Part shown: positions 63,700 to 64,000 of the stretch, piece after piece
Layout of the letters: the number at the start of each line of letters is the position of its first letter
Position numbering within the stretch: position 1 is the first letter of the stretch
Source: Candidatus Saccharimonadota bacterium
Lineage (GTDB): Bacteria; Patescibacteriota; Saccharimonadia; Saccharimonadales; AWTP1-31
Direction: 5' to 3'
Length of the DNA stretch: 64,000 bases
Assembly: GCA_052034955.1 (NCBI GenBank)
Contig: JBPOHZ010000003.1
Coordinates: 659 to 64,658 of the forward strand
Made by a program: the position numbers and the translations under genes
The notes under the pieces: model-generated
The model's input: the letters and a program-made list of their open reading frames with translations, nothing else
Databases searched by the model: none
What the model was told of the DNA's origin: nothing

Positions 63700-64000
63700 A
63701 TGGAACAAGAAATACAAAAAATACTTAAAAACAGGATTCGCGGTTCGCTTATTGGAATCGGCATTGTAATGCTTATCGGCGCAATTGTGTTTGGAAAATT
63801 AGACAATAAACTAACTCTATCAATAATCGTGATTAGTATTGTAAGTCTGTTTATTTTTGTATTAATGGTTAACAATTACAATTATCCTAACCCAAATAAA
63901 TACTATCGAACATTTAACAAAATATTTTATATTTGGCTATCTAGACTACTCATTATCGGGTCAATTATCAATATTTTGTCCGGAATTAAAAACTATAATC
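63700..64000 (+). CDS. Membrane protein, 3'-partial (runs off the window)
   Basis: ATG at 63700. The frame is open to nt 64000 and so is not in the ORF track. Translation begins MEQEIQKILKNRIRGSLIGIGIVMLIGAIVFG..., with at least 3 hydrophobic helices. Confidence 0.45.
   Translation, partial: MEQEIQKILKNRIRGSLIGIGIVMLIGAIVFGKLDNKLTLSIIVISIVSLFIFVLMVNNYNYPNPNKYYRTFNKIFYIWLSRLLIIGSIINILSGIKNYN

Noticed and set aside
1-64000. Alternative genetic code (UGA or UAG reassignment, as in some CPR lineages).
   Set aside because: Conserved genes (ftsH, lepA, dnaK, dnaJ, glyA, murB and others) have normal full lengths under the standard code. TGA, TAA and TAG are all seen closing well-supported ORFs, for example TGA at 25241-25243.

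Overview
This 64-kb window comes from a small-genome, moderately AT-rich bacterium that uses the standard genetic code. The gene content suggests a monoderm-type CPR/Patescibacteria lineage such as Saccharibacteria, but this is inference only. Supporting genes are ftsH, murJ, lepA, hrcA-grpE, dnaK-dnaJ with CIRCE operators, murA, murB and glyA, together with LPXTG-like surface proteins, many giant secreted proteins and almost no biosynthesis genes. I call about 65 CDS, 2 tRNAs (Arg-TCG, Lys-CTT), several intrinsic terminators and 4 CIRCE-type operators. No rRNA, CRISPR array, transposase or integrase is visible. Six observations deserve a second look. (1) Downstream of tRNA-Lys lies a 4-5 kb array of single-gene cassettes. 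Each cassette ends in a ~32-nt repeat that copies the tRNA 3' end, and the array includes two near-identical 168-nt noncoding units that end in a tRNA-like CCA terminus. No recombinase is in view. (2) Two giant adhesin-like proteins (at least 1260 aa, 5'-partial, and 2277 aa) carry huge ectodomains fused to the same noncanonical histidine-kinase transmitter. That transmitter has an H-box helix between TM1 and TM2 and a His-less DHp next to the ATPase. Including a third, canonical kinase, the window holds three kinases and no response regulator. (3) A zeta/PezT-like P-loop kinase sits directly upstream of an XRE-HTH::MurA fusion, separated from it by a GC-rich structured element. (4) A translationally coupled dockerin protein and membrane-anchored cohesin protein form a pair. 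(5) A CIRCE/HrcA regulon has operators embedded in promoter elements. (6) A TAnnnT box 6-9 nt upstream of ATG recurs across the window, implying mostly leaderless mRNAs. All family assignments are by-eye motif recognition. No database search or computation was run.
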